This document shows, piece by piece, positions 34,915-48,731 of a DNA stretch of 64,000 nucleotides (positions are counted from its first letter, which is position 1; each line of letters begins with the position of its first letter). The notes under the pieces were generated by a model. It was not told the origin of the DNA, ran no database searches, and worked only from the letters and a program-made list of their open reading frames with translations. Source of the stretch: Octopus sinensis (taxonomy: Eukaryota); assembly GCF_006345805.1 (NCBI RefSeq), contig NC_043009.1, positions 9,672,001 to 9,736,000 on the forward strand, read 5' to 3'. Made by a program: the position numbers and the translations under genes.

Positions 34915-36345
34915 TAGTAGTAGTAGTAGTAGTAGTGGTAGTAGGCATCCGTCGGTCTCAAGAGGCCATGAATCTGCGTCTGAAGAAATCGTGTCAGCTG
35001 CTGATGGTGCAGCATCTGTTGTGACTGTAGAGACCCACATGGGAGAGGCAGTCGTGCATACAGCGGCTACTTTTGAAGGAGCTCTTTGCTGGAGCTAGTG
35101 GTTTTTCCTTTCATTGAGTGCGCTTTTCTTTGGTGGCAAGTTCCTGTTTTTCTTCCCCTCGCTTTGTAATGAGTGTGGTCACTAATTCAAAGTATGAAAG
35201 TGTTAGTGAAAAAGTCCTTTAAATATGCTTTTGAGAAGTGTGTGTAAATGAATATCAGAAGGCAGTTTTTAAACAAAACATTGTAACTTTATTAAAATAA
35301 TAATGAGAGCTGACAAGTAGCAAGAAGTGAAGCCTGTATGTGTATGTAAGTCAGGTAAAGCATTATAACTTACTTTTGAACAAAATGATTCTGTTGGAAG
35401 CTATTGTAAGCTAACAGGAACAAAGCCAGCTTAAATGAAAATGTTCAGTTCATTATGAGGCAGAGTTGTGGCTGATGTCATCCAGACTTTCGAGGAGTGA
35501 AGTTGGCATAAATGAACCAGGTTGTTTAGGAGGCGGCAAGTCAAGAGCCAATATAACTCCAAGTGAGCTGCATGAAGTTGGTAGTGAAACACCAAAAAGT
35601 GCTTCATGTTGAAAGACAGAATGTTAATGCTGTGCTGTCTTTTCCCCCAACTCCTTAAAAACTCCCGCTTCTCCATCCACATTGGCAGAGAACTGCCTTT
35701 GGTATTCCTCTGCGCCCAGCCCTGATTGACTGAAGTATGCCACAGCACAACTGTGCTATGCCGTGGCAACACAAATAGCTTTCTTGACTCACTACAGTTT
35801 CATCCTCTTTCGCCATATTTGTCTCCAGCATGGGCAATCATTTACGACCTCCACCCATCTCAGAATGTCCAGATCGAGCGACTTCATATCTCTCTTGCAG
35901 ATGTCCTTGAAACGAAGATGAGGTTGTTCTTGTGCTCTTGTGCCGGCGGACAATTCCCCATACGAGAGATCTTTTGGGATCCTCCCATCCAGCACATGAT
36001 GTGCATGACTGAGCCAGTGCAGATGGAGCCAGTGCAGGTGGAGCAGAGTGAATATACTAGGTATCTTGGTGCGGTTGAGGACTTCAATGTTGGTGATGTC
36101 ATTGTTGCACTTAATATTCAAGACGCATCTCAAATTACAAAGGTGGATGACATTGAGATGCTGCTCCTGTCTGGAATAGGGGCTCTACACCTCACTGCCA
36201 TAAAATAGTATATTAAGGACGCACACCTTATAGACAGCAATCTTGATGTTTGCAGTCAGTTTTCTATTTTCCCAGACTCTCTTTGTGAGCCTGGCAAATG
36301 TGAAGGATGCTTGTCCAATCCGCTTGCTGATCTTAGAGTCCAAGT
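34915..36345 (-). mobile_element. RTE (BovB-like) LINE 3' fragment interrupted by a solo LTR
   Basis: Encodes LFYGSE, GRIPKDLSYGEL and PHLRFKDICKRDMK, a terminal DCLSHVGLYSH motif, and a GACCGACGGATGCC(TAC)n tail. Confidence 0.85.
35165..35796 (-). mobile_element. Solo LTR
   Basis: TGTAATGAGT...ACTCACTACA inverted termini, 4-bp flanks GCTT/GTTT, AATAAA on the minus strand; interrupts the RTE ORF. Confidence 0.7.
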
Positions 36346-37554
36346 AGGAGCCAATTAGTCTTTTACACCTACCAGGTTCATTCATGTTAGCCTGAGTTGC
36401 TGCATAATTTTTCATTCCTTTAAGAATATTGTAAAACAGAAACTTTTCATACATTGGAATTTAAATACTAATCTCTAAAGAAATTTATTGTTTCAAGAAA
36501 ATATTGAATTTGGATTACTTTTAATTTTTACGATTATAGGTAACAATTCGGGCTGTAACTTTTGAGCCTGTGTCAGGCACATGTGAACAATGTTGAGGGA
36601 ACATTTGCTACAAATGATAGTTTTTGTCACAAGGCACCTCTAAGACAACTGCCAGACGATGAACGAAAATAAATTAACTGCAACCAGGCTCAGTAAAAGG
36701 AGTCTGAATTATTGACTGCAATTACATACCTGAAGTCAGCAGTGGCAGAAATTGAATCAGCTTCCAAATACACATTCACTTTTCTAAATTTATCCTTAGG
36801 CTAAGCCTTAGCTGCCCAAGTGCCAGAGTCATCGTTTTACCCAAAGCCAGAAACTTTTCGGCACCCCTCATATGTGTGTGTGTGTGTGTGTGTGTGTACA
36901 CTAGGGACTTCTTTCAGTCTCTTTCTACCAAATCTATCACAAGACTTTGATCAGCTTGAAGCTATAGTGGACATTTGCCCAATATGTCATGCAGTTGGAC
37001 TGAACCCAAATTCATGTGGATGGGAAGCAAGCCTCTTACCACAAAGCCATAAAATTTAGAAGGAAAAAAATTTGATGGTCGTAAAGTTTCATGGTGTTTG
37101 CTTGCATCATAAATTTGTTATCAATTTCTGTAGAATTTGCATTTTTCACTTGTTTTCAGATTAACGTTTGAAGTATCAACATTGCATAATCTATACTCTC
37201 AAAGACAAGTTTATGCAAATAATTTTTTTAAGTTAAAGAGAGTTATGAGGAAACAAAGATAGGACAGGATGTAAAAAAATGATCCAAAACACTTTTGAAA
37301 AGAATGAATGTCACCAATGCAACTGTGACAAAGACATTCTCAAAAACATAGCTATGCAAAATTTCATTAAATGGTATGCATTTCGCAGAAAGTTATGGGG
37401 AAACAAAGTTCCATACACATGTGTGTTTGTGTTTGTGTGTATACATGTGTGTGCATGTGTACGTATGTATGTGTGAATGAATATCAGTTTATAGTTATGC
37501 CATAGTAATAACAATTGTGTTTAATGTATAAAAATATACAGCAATGTATCTAGA

Positions 37555-38105
37555 TACTCTTTTACTTGTTTCAGTCATTTCACTGCGGCCATGCTGGAGC
37601 ACCACCTTTTAATCGAGCAAATCGACCCCGGGACTTATTCTTTGTAAGCCCAGTACTTATTCTATCGGTCTCTTTTGCCGAACTGCTAAGTGACGGGGAC
37701 GTAAACACACCAGCATCGGTTGTCAAGCGAAGTTGGTGGGGACAAACACAGACACACAAACGTATACACACATATACGACAGGCTTCTTTCAGTTTCCAT
37801 CTACCAAATCCACTAACAAGGCATTGGTCGGCACAGGGCTATAGCAGAAGACACTTGCCCAAGGTGCCACGCAGTGGGACTGAACCTGGAACCATGTGGT
37901 TGGTTAGCAAGCTACTTACCACACAGCCACTCCTGCACCTATATGATGGGCTTCTTTCAGTTTCCATCTACCAAATCCACTTACAAGGCTTTGGTCAGCC
38001 CGAGGCTATAGTAGAAGACACTTGCCCAAGGTGCCACGCAGTGGGACTGAACCCAGAACCATGTGGTTAGTAAGCAAGCTATTTACCACACAGCCACTCC
38101 TGAGC
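37555..38105 (-). mobile_element. GGAGTGGCTGTGTGGTAAG-family SINE with a duplicated 5' half
   Basis: The head segment occurs twice, at about 37775-37940 and 37943-38105. Confidence 0.9.
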
Positions 38106-38366
38106 CTGATATATTTCACTTAAATTACAATACACAAATTTAGTTTCAAATTTTGGCACAAGGCCTACAACTTTAAGGGAGAGGCCAGCCAATTACATCA
38201 ACCCAAGTACTTGATTAGTAACTTTTAATTCATCGACCCTGAGAGGATGAAAAGCAAAGTAGAAATCAGTGGTATTTTGAACTTAGGATGTGAAGAACCA
38301 AAAGAAATTTCTGCTAAGCATTTTGCTTGGTGCTAAACAATTCTGCTCACTTTCATAATATATATA

Positions 38367-38762
38367 ACTAGCAGTATCGCCCGGCGTTGCTCGGGTTTGT
38401 AAGGGAAATAATTATATAAGCATTTTTAGAGATGTAAAGTATAATAGCCATCTCAATATGGCTAACCACAAAGGGGGAGGGGTGTTACTGTAGCTTTTTA
38501 CGTTCTGAGATTTAATAATAAAGTTTAGAGAGTTACTTCTCTTATATATGTCAAAAATGGATTAAAAATGGGAAAAATTGATGGTAAATTTTTTTTTAAA
38601 TCGTAGACTCATCGTAGACGCGCGCTAATACCCAGACGGTCTCGATATGAATCACGACTATAAGATACCCGGTTTTGGTTAAACTGCACCGCAAAATGTG
38701 GGAGTAGTTAGGAATCTAAATCGTAGGAGACAGACACACAACCTCACTTTTTACATAATATT
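38367..38762 (+). mobile_element. Helentron/DINE-1-like non-autonomous element
   Basis: 5' hairpin ACTAGCAGTATCGCCCGGCGTTGCTCGGG; 3' GACAGACACACA...CACTTTTTACATAATA. Confidence 0.65.
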
Positions 38763-38842
38763 GAGGTCTCTTTCTTTCTTTTGTTATCTTACTGTTTTTA
38801 CCAATATACATATATATATATATATAAATATATATATAGTTA

Positions 38843-39160
38843 CAGAGATGTACTTGCATAGCAAGTGACTTGATCTGAGATCGTGTGCTGGAACGAAAAC
38901 AGTTGCAGCGTTGAAGGTGTTTATAAGCCATTTAAGAAACACACAAAAACCGTTAGATTCACTTCAACATTTAAATTTAATTTGTCAAAATATTTTCGTC
39001 GCTTTGAGACCGCGACCTGTTAGCACGATATTTTTGTCAGTGAACAGGTCGCGGTCTCAAAGCGACGAAAATATTTTGGCAAATTAAATTTAAATGTTGA
39101 AGTGAATGTAACGGTTTTTGTGTGTTCTTAAATGGCTTACAAACACCTTCCACGCTGCAA
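38843..39160. mobile_element. PLE-type inverted terminal-repeat stub with a G3-C8 hammerhead-like motif at 39033-39083
   Basis: Arms at about 38903-39021 and 39044-39160 are inverted; same family as 6468-6748. Confidence 0.6.
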
Positions 39161-39519
39161 TATATATATACACACATATATATATATATGTATGTATGTA
39201 TGTGTGTATATGTGTATGCATGTATGTGTGTGTGTGTGCGTGTCTGTGCTTGTGATTGTCCTCCACCACTGCTTGACAACGAATGTTGTTTGTTTACATC
39301 CCTGTCACCTAGTGGTTTGACAAAGGAAACAGATAGAATAAGTACAATGCTTACAAAAATAAAACTGGAGCTGATTCATTAAACTACAATTCTTCAAGGC
39401 ATTGCCCCAGCATGGCCACAGACCAATGGCTGGAAAAAGCAGAAGAATAAAAGAATACATTCTCTGCTTGGGTCTTATGTTCAAGGCATGAGAAAGCTTG
39501 AGTTTACATGAGAAGGCCT

Positions 39520-39790
39520 AACAGACCTGGTAGAAACAGCAGCCAAATCTCCCTCAAATCACACCTTACTGTCTTATGTATGTATATATATATGAGCCAA
39601 TGAGGGGGACCTCTACATGGTAGCTAGACCTGGTAGAAATAGCAGCAAATTTCCCCAAAATCACACCTTACTGTCTTATCTATGTATATATGTATGTATG
39701 AGCGTATGAGGGAGACCCCTACATGGCAGCTAGACATGGTGTAGAAATAGCAGCCAAATCTCCCTCAAATCACACCTTACTGTCTTATCT
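39520..39790 (+). repeat. Three tandem copies of a ~100-115-bp unit
   Basis: TAGAAA(C/T)AGCAGCCAAATCTCCCTCAAATCACACCTTACTGTCTTAT-like sequence occurs three times. Confidence 0.8.
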
Positions 39791-39898
39791 TTCTGCTACT
39801 TGGATATAGGTGTTATATTCGTCGTAAAAAACCTTCCTGTCACACACTCACGCACACGCACACACACACACACGCACCCTCACACACACACACACGCG

Positions 39899-39929
<31 letters not shown>

Positions 39930-41477
39930 ACACGCACGTTAGCTTACAATTTTATTAATATATTTGCGTGTCTATGTGTGGAAAGAGGAAGTGGGAGGCA
40001 GAGTGAAAGAATCACTCACTACAGTAAGTCAAATTACTTTCATTTTATTCGTTGCCCACTGTGTGTGTGCGTTTGCGTGTGGTGTAAACCAGACTAAGAA
40101 AAGCATTTGACACACACACCAGAATGTGAGTTTTCTGTAAATTTTGCTTAATTGGAGTTTAAATTTTAAAAACTGGACCTGGCATGACGCGATGCATTGT
40201 ACTCTTAAAAATGCTAGGTAAATTGTAATTGAAGAAATCCTATATTGTAGATTTGTATAACTCCCAAAGGGAGGCAGATAAAATCTGCCTTTTATAATAA
40301 GAGATTAATGATGATGTTCAGGGGAGTGTTCTAGCATCACAACTTTGCAATTACTCACTGTAGAACCCTAAATGCTTTGATGGGTATATCAAAAATTTCC
40401 AAAGGGAAACACTAGTTGCTCTTGGCACGATGTCATACTTGAAGGAATGTGCAGACCTCTCAAAATAACAGCCATTAACAATTTTATATATCAACAATTG
40501 ATCAAATGGAACCTAACTTTTTCAGTAACGCACCTTAACAACAGCAGAAATTATGGTATTTTTAAAATGAAAAATTTATGAACATTTTTTGTTACAATTG
40601 AAAACAAAAAGAATTTAAGAAAAAGAATCCAACCATGTTGAAAAAGGCCAAAATGAGGCAAAAAAAGGTCAAAGGTAACTTGTATTAAACCTGTAATGTC
40701 TGAATAAATTTAGTATTAAAATATTTCTACATATTATTTTCCTGATGTGTACATGTGTGTGTGTGTGTGTGCACATGCATGTGTGTATGCTTTCATGCAT
40801 GCATGTATGTAGCTTCACATAGCTGTCTGAATGGATGCCTAAGGCTTTGTTCAAAGATGTAGGATGGCATGACATCACCTGAACTGGAGACATGCATAAA
40901 GACCATCACAGCTTCGGGGAACTTAGTTTAGTGTTCATGATGTCCCTGTCATGTCTTACGGCCTTAACAGTGTTCACAGAGCACTGAGCAGCTGTCATGA
41001 ATCTGGCATCTTGATAATCAACACGAATCACTGCGATATTGGTAAATCTTTTCCAATATTCAGATAGCTTTCAGTCCTCCATGTCAGCTAACTTTTTCTC
41101 AACTACAACTTTAATCATTATGCTCTCCAATGCCAGTGACTATTCATCAAGCTGTTCTTGAAAAAAAAAAAAAAAAAAAAATCGGTGAACCATCAAATTA
41201 ATCCTGAATACCTGAATAGCAAGGTGAGCAACTTCACATTGTATTCATGTTGTTCTCCATTTTGTAAGAAGTATTTATTCCACCCATATTGCATAGTGTC
41301 ATAGGACACTTGGTAAGCTTGTCTTATGCTTACAACGAGAACCAAGACTGGTACTTATGTTCTATCAGGTTTACCCTATGTCTGATATAGTTTACCATGT
41401 TTACAGGAAAAAAATTCTCCCTTTTTTACATAGTCAGAGTATAGAATATTCAAGCATTGAGACCATAACCTTGTGGC

Positions 41478-42075
41478 CTATGCCAGCGGTATAACCAGCC
41501 CACTTATGCGTACCTTATTTCATTGGACACTAAACTCTGCTTGTGAAGACCTGTTGAGGCAAGTTGAATTGAAATCGAAATCAAAATCAAATTCGATGAC
41601 TGGCATCCGTGCTAGTGGAGCGCTAAGAGTACCATACGAGTGAGATCGTTGCCAGAGCAACAAGCTGGCCTCTGTGCCAATGGCACGTAAAAAGCACCAT
41701 TCGAGCATGATCGTTACCTGTGACACCTTACTGGCACTTGTGCTGGTGGCACATGAAAAAACATTCGAGCGAGGTCATTGCCAGTGCCACTGGGCTGGCT
41801 TCTGTTCAGGTGGCACATAAAAAGCACCATTTGAGCATGGCCATTGGCAGTACCACCTGACTGGCCCTCGTGCCGGTGGCACGTAAAAGCACCCACTACA
41901 CTCTCGGAGTGGTTGGCGTTAGGAAGGGCATCCAGCTGTAGAAACTCTGCCAGATTAAGATTGGAGTCAGGTGCAGCCATCTGGTTCACCAGTCCTCAGT
42001 CAAATCGTCCAACCCATGCCAGCATGGAAAGCGGACGTTAAACAATGATGACGACGAAGATGATGATGATGATGT
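41478..42075 (+). mobile_element. RTE 3' tail
   Basis: Tandem GTGGCACGTAAAAAGCACC units, conserved terminus and (GAT)n. Confidence 0.85.
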
Positions 42076-42219
42076 TCATGTCATCTAGAAATTATATATT
42101 TCATGTACTTATCTTTTTAAATACCAACAAATGAAGTAGGTTTTATTTCTAGCATACAGTAAGTATCTTACTCCAATTACTGAAATAAATAATAATCTAA
42201 AAAAACGTTCTATTATTTA

Positions 42220-42822
42220 ACTTTTACTTGTTTCAGTCATTGTTCTGTGGCCATGCTGGGGCAGCACTATGAAGGGTTTAGTTAAACAAATCAGCCCAGA
42301 ACTAACTTTTTGTTTTTTTTTAAGACTGATACTTATCCTGTCATTCTCTTTCACCAAACCTCTAAGTTACAGAGACATAAATACTGGTTGTCAAGTGGTG
42401 GTGAGAGGCAAACACACACGCACTCACACACACACACACACACACTCTCACACATACAAACATGCACGTGCACACACACACACTCACACACACAAACAGG
42501 CACGTGCACACACACAGACACACACACACAAACACACACACACAAACATGCATGTGCACACACACACACAGACACACACTCACACACACAAACATGCACG
42601 TGCATGCACACACACACACAAACACGCACGTGCACACACACACACACGTATATATGATGAGCTTCTTTCAGTTTCCGTCTACTAAAGCGACTGGTAAGGT
42701 TTTGGCTTTATTGGAATCGTAATAGAAAACGCTTGCACAAGTAACCATGCAGTGGAAATGAACCAGAAACCCTGTGGTTTGGAAGCAAACCTCTTAACCA
42801 TACAAACATGACTGCACCTATG
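42220..42822 (-). mobile_element. Old GGAGTGGCTG-related SINE with an expanded (CA)n interior
   Basis: CTTTTACTTGTTTCAGTCAT...CTTCTTTCAGTTTCCGTCTAC. Confidence 0.7.
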
Positions 42823-42869
42823 CGTTTCATTACAATCCTTGGTCCTGGTGAGATACAGCAAGAGTGGGG

Positions 42870-43090
42870 TGGGGGGCGCAATGGCCCAATGGTTAGGGCA
42901 GCGGAATCACGGTCAGAGGATCGCGGTTTCGATTCTCAGACCGGGCGTTGTGTGTGTATTTATTGAGCGAAAACACCTAAAGCTCCACGAGGCTCCTGCA
43001 GGGGGTGGTGACGACCCCTGTTGTACTCTTTTGCCCCAACTTTCTCTCACTCTTTCTTCCTGTTTCTTGTCCCTGACTTCCTAGGCAACT
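42870..43090 (+). mobile_element. tRNA-derived SINE (GGCGCAATGGCCCAGTGGTTAG-type family)
   Basis: A box TGGCCCAATGG, B box GGTTTCGATTC; related minus-strand copies at 45464-45776 and 51012-51282. Confidence 0.8.
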
Positions 43091-43889
43091 GCTGAGCCTC
43101 GGTGTCGGGGGTTGACCTGCTTTCTCTTCTGCGGGTCTTACGAATAGCAAAGGACCACGTTTCAGACTTCTCCCAAGAGGACGAAGACCACTTTGCTCAA
43201 CAGCAACAGCAACAGTGGGGAGAACTGGTATGCTTTTGTATTTCAAATATGATCACTATGATCACTGTGTCGGTGGCACATAAAATCACCCACTACACTC
43301 TCGGAGTGGTTGGCGTTAGGAAGGGCATCCAGCTGTAGAAACACTGCCAGATCTGACTGGCCTGGTGCAGCCTTCGGGCTTGCCAGACCCCAGTTGAACC
43401 GTCCAACCCATGCTAGCATGGAAAGCGGACGTTAAACGATGATGATGATGATGATGATGAATCAGTGATCTATTTTCGGTTTATTGGTAAAACATGAAAA
43501 TAAAATATGAGCATAAAAACAGTGGTAATCTTATCATTTTAATGTCCACTTCTCCATGCTTGCATGGGTCAAAAGGAGTGCATTGAGACAGATTTTCTAT
43601 GGCCGGATGCTCTTCCTGTCACCAACCCTCAACTCTTTCTAAGCAATATTAATATTTCCCCATGGCTGAAAAAAGAAACAATAACAAAAAATGTGAAAGT
43701 AAATAAACTGACCATTACAAAGAAAAATTAAGGCAGAGCAGGATCGAGGCCTGATAAAGAATTCACAAGCTAGTTTTGTTTCACTTTCATAAAATACAGG
43801 AATCTATACTAAAAAATAAAGGCAGGACATCCAATTCTTTGCTCTTTTTATCATTCCCTATGAGACTGTGATAGCTATTCCAAAACTTC

Positions 43890-44313
<424 letters not shown>

Positions 44314-44314
44314 A

Positions 44315-46170
44315 GGACTGGAAGGGTGGCGGTAGTAAGGAGCTATATCAGGCAGATATAAGGGAAGTTAGGAAGCAGATATACTTAGCCAGGGGTGAAG
44401 TAGAAAGAAAGAAGTTTGCCAATGTTCTGCAGTGTGAGGACCAGCGTCTTGAAGTGTTTCTGTTTGCAAGACAGTGTGCCAGGGAAAATTGTGATGTTGT
44501 AGGAGAGAAGTGGGTTCCCATGGATGATGGTTTACTTGCAGTTAGTGACTCTACAAAGAAAGAGGCTTGGAAGGGTCACTATGAAAGGCTACTAAATGAA
44601 GACAATTCATTGGAGAAGGAGAATCTGTCTAATGTTGATCCAACAGAGGGACCAGCAATCCAAATATGCAGTTGCAATTACAGACAAATCCATGAAGGAT
44701 ACAGAGATGGGGAAATCCCCCAGCCCATCAGGGATAATCGCTGAGATGCTTAAAATACCTGGTGGTGTGGGTTATGGTCTAGTCACCTGTATAGTTAATT
44801 AGGTGGTACACAAAGGAGTCATACCCAATGACTGGTGTAGCAGTACCATAGTTAACTGCCACAAAGGTAAAGGTCTTACCTTAGGTAAAAATAATTACAG
44901 TAGTATCAGATTGTTGGATCAGGTGATGAAAGTCATGGAGAGGGCCATAGCCCAACTAATTAGGGAGAGAGTTTATCTAGATGAGATGCAGTTTTGTTTT
45001 GTGTCAAGGAGAAGCACTTGATGCTATTTTTCTGGTAAGACAGCTACAGAAGTACCTAGCCAAATATAAACCTCTGTACTTGGCTTTTATAGACTTGAAG
45101 AAAGCCCTTGACAGGGTCCCCTGATCCCTTATTTGGTGGTCAATACAGAAAATAGAGATAGACAAGTGGTTAGTGAGATGTTCATCATAGTCTTCCTGGG
45201 CAATAACAGACGAATTTAAGACGATGCTCCTGGGAGCTCATCTATGCTGGTGACCTTGTTTTTATAGTTGAATCACTACCAGAACTAGTGGAAGCAAGGT
45301 CTCTAACTGTGAGAGGGAACCTGTGGAAGAGGTAGACATGGTACGGGATGGTGAAGCATGATCTCCAAATGTTGGGTCTCATGGAGGCAATGACTAGGGA
45401 CCAAAATCTTTGGTGATATGCTGTACTTGAAAGGACCCGTGAAGCCATTTGAAATTGTGGTTGTTGTTTATTGTTTGTTCCTTGTTGAGCCACACCTGGC
45501 TCATAAGGGCCGGTTTCCTGGTTTCCTTGGCATATCGGTTCCCCACTTGGATGGGATGCCGGTCCGTCACAGGTGAGCTGCAAGATGCAGGAGGAAAGAG
45601 TGAGAGAAAGTTGTGGCGAAAGAGTCAGCAGAAGTTTCGCCATTACCTTCTGCCAGAGTCACGTGGAGCTTAGGTGTTTCGCTCATAAACACACACATCA
45701 TCCTGTCTGAGATTCGAACCCGCAATCTCTCGACCGCAAGTCTGCTGCTCTAACCACTAGGCCATGTGTCTCCACAAATTGTGGTTGTGGCTGATGTTGG
45801 TGTCATGTAACTGGTACCCATGCCAGTGGCATGTAAAAAGCACCTTTCAAGCATTGGGTCTCATGGAGGCAATGTGGCCAGTGCCAACGTTACATAATTA
45901 GCACTTGTGGCTGGTGGAACAAAAATTGCACTTCTTGGACATTGGGCCCCATGGGGGAAATGATAAATGACTGAAACCTTCACCAATTTGCTGTGCTTGA
46001 GTAGAAGCCAAGTTCAATTGTTGTCATGGCAGATACTAATGTCATGCAACTGCCATAAAACTACACCAAATTAGACTTGAGTCTGGTGCGGCCCCTCAGC
46101 TTGCCAGCCCTGGTCAGACCATCCAACCCATGTCAGCATGGACAATGGACATTAAATGATGATGATGATA
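44315..46170 (+). mobile_element. Internally deleted RTE LINE (RT N-terminal half, deletion, 3' tail)
   Basis: Encodes PSPSGIIAEMLK, IPNDWCSSTIVNCHKGKG, EMQFCF, LAFIDLKKALDRVP and ELIYAGDL; ends in (GAT)n at about 46170. Confidence 0.85.
45464..45776 (-). mobile_element. tRNA-derived SINE inserted in the RTE
   Basis: Minus-strand head GTGGAGACACATGGCCTAGTGGTTAGAGC; TSD AAATTGTGGTTGT at about 45452 and 45777. Confidence 0.85.
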
Positions 46171-46197
46171 TATATGTGTGTGTGTGTATATATATAT

Positions 46198-46495
46198 GTC
46201 CCCCTCTATGTTTAGCCCCTTGTAGGTAGTAAAGAAATATATATATATATATATATATATATATTTCTTTACTACCCACAAGGGGCTAAATACAGAGGGG
46301 GACAAATAAGGAAAGACAAACCGATTAAGTCGATTACATCGACCCCAGTGCGTAACTGGTACTTAATTTAATCGACCCCGAAAGGATGATAGGCTAAGTC
46401 GACCTCGGCAGAATTTGAACCCAGAATGTAACGGCAGACGAAATACGGCTACACATTTCGCCTGGCATGCTAACGTTTCTGCCAGCTCGCCGCCC
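46198..46495 (-). mobile_element. GGCGAGCTGGCAGAA-family SINE
   Basis: Reverse complement of the family sequence, with an inverted tail piece across (TA)n. Confidence 0.85.
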
Positions 46496-46501
46496 TATCT
46501 A

Positions 46502-46535
<34 letters not shown>

Positions 46536-46926
46536 TGTCTGTATGTACATACATGTGTGTGTGTGTGTGTGTATGTATGTGTGTGTGTGTGTGTGTATGT
46601 ATGTGTGTGAAATAGAGTGCATGCATATAGACATACATACACAAAAAAAAACGTGTGTGTAAGTGTGTAATAATTATTTAAACTTTGGCTATACACCTAG
46701 TAGTATGTCAATTAAAGACCTTTCACTGTCAATGGCTACCTGATGTCATCCACAGTGTTGATATAACTGTCACCGGATCTGCGTTAGAGGGAAACCAAAA
46801 ATGGAATTCACATGAATGCCACATATGTATGTGTATAAATATATGTATTTAAAAGGAGAAAAACTGAAAATGGAATTCACATGAATTCCATTTTCTGTTT
46901 GCCCTCATCTACACACACACACAAAC

Positions 46927-46957
<31 letters not shown>

Positions 46958-47626
46958 GACACACACACACACACAGATACAGACACACACACAGACACAC
47001 ACAACACACACACACACACACAAGAGATCCTGAGCCAACAGGTTTTTGGGATCTGACAATATACCATAAAGCTAAACTCTTTATGGACGGGAAACCTACA
47101 GTAATCCCATACACCAGCCTTGCCCATACATATACACTCGCTATAAAAACAAGGTCACCAGCATAGATGAGCTCCCAGGAGCATCTTGTCTTAAATTCGT
47201 CTGTTATTGCCCAGGAAGACTATGATGGACATCCCACTAATCACTGGTCTATCTCTCCTATCTTTCCTCTCCTCTCAAATAATGTTCCTCCAGGGTTCGC
47301 CATCTTACCTCGTCTGGCTTAGCAGCCCTCACTGTTTGTTTTCACTGCCCTGTTTTTATTATCAACTTTGACCTTCCACAAATCCCAAATTTTATTTTGG
47401 TTTACGGGAACAACTGTTTCTCAAAGGCACATATTGTCGTAAATTGCTCAAATTGTGGATTAGATAAACAGCCAGCAACTGATGAAGGGTCATTCTTTGT
47501 GTTACTTATCTTTTTTTCCACTTGTTTCTCTCGTTGTTTGCAAAAAAAAAGTTTGTCTTCACATTTCATGTTGTTTACATTTTGTGACGTCCTGTATCCA
47601 TACATGCATATGAATATTTTATTTAT

Positions 47627-47698
<72 letters not shown>

Positions 47699-47707
47699 TA
47701 TATATTA

Positions 47708-48072
47708 GAGTGGCTGTGTGGTAAGTAGCTTGCTCACCAACTACATGGTTCCGGGTTCAGTCCCACTGCATGGTACCATGGGCAAGTGTCTTCTTCTATA
47801 GCCTCGGGCCGATCAAAGCCTTGTGAGTGGATTTGGTAGACGGAAGCTGAAAGAAGCCCGTCGTATATGTGTGTCTGTGTTTGTCTCCCTACCACCATCG
47901 CTAGACAATCGATGCTGGCGTGTCTACTTCCCCGTAACTTAGTGGTTCGGCAAAAAAAGACCGATAGAATAAGTACTAGGCGTACAAAAAATAAGTCCTG
48001 GGGTCGTTTGTTCGACTAAAGGCGGTGCTCCAGCATGGCTGTAGTCAAATTACCGAAACAAATAAAAGAATA
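47708..48072 (+). mobile_element. GGAGTGGCTGTGTGGTAAG-family SINE
   Basis: Matches the family sequence. Confidence 0.9.
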
Positions 48073-48073
48073 T

Positions 48074-48113
<40 letters not shown>

Positions 48114-48731
48114 AGAGAGAGAGAGAAACTCACATATATACACGCGCCCGCACACACACACACACACAAACACGCATACATATATATGAAGTAGCTGCCT
48201 GCTGGCAAGAGACGTAAAGTCTAAGCTGAAGGATTGTCAAGTATTATTCACTGCTACATTTGTTATTGTGTGTACAATAACCATTCCTAAGTTCTAAGTA
48301 GTTTTGCCAGGAAGCTGGATAACGGAAAAAACAAAAAGAGGAAAAAACACCCACTCTTCCTAAGAAAACCATCAGGGGAGACAATGCCATAGTCATCACG
48401 TTGTTTACTTTCTGAAACAAGAGTTATCTCCCAATAGATTCATTGCTGGAAACGTCAACGTAAATCCACTCAACACGAATTGCAAAATGGAAATGTTGAA
48501 ACCAACATAATGTATTTCTGGTTTCGAATTTTGGCACAAAACCGGGGGAGTGAGTAAGTCGATTACGTCGACCTTACTGTTTAAGTGGTACTTATTTTAC
48601 CGACCTAGAAAGAATAAAAAGCAAAGTCGACGTCGGAGGCATTTGAACTCAGGACGTAAAGTCGGAAGAAATACCCTGAAGCAATTGAGCCAGATCGCCG
48701 CCTTAACGTAAAGTAATATTAAACATTGGGA

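Noticed and set aside
35431-35790. Protein-looking minus-strand frames suggesting a processed pseudogene
   Set aside because: The frames contain stops or match no family I recognise, and the segment has TG...CA inverted termini, so it is better explained as a solo LTR.
47397-47610. CTGATGAAGGG in a PLE-like repeat
   Set aside because: No downstream GAAA or stem III in register.
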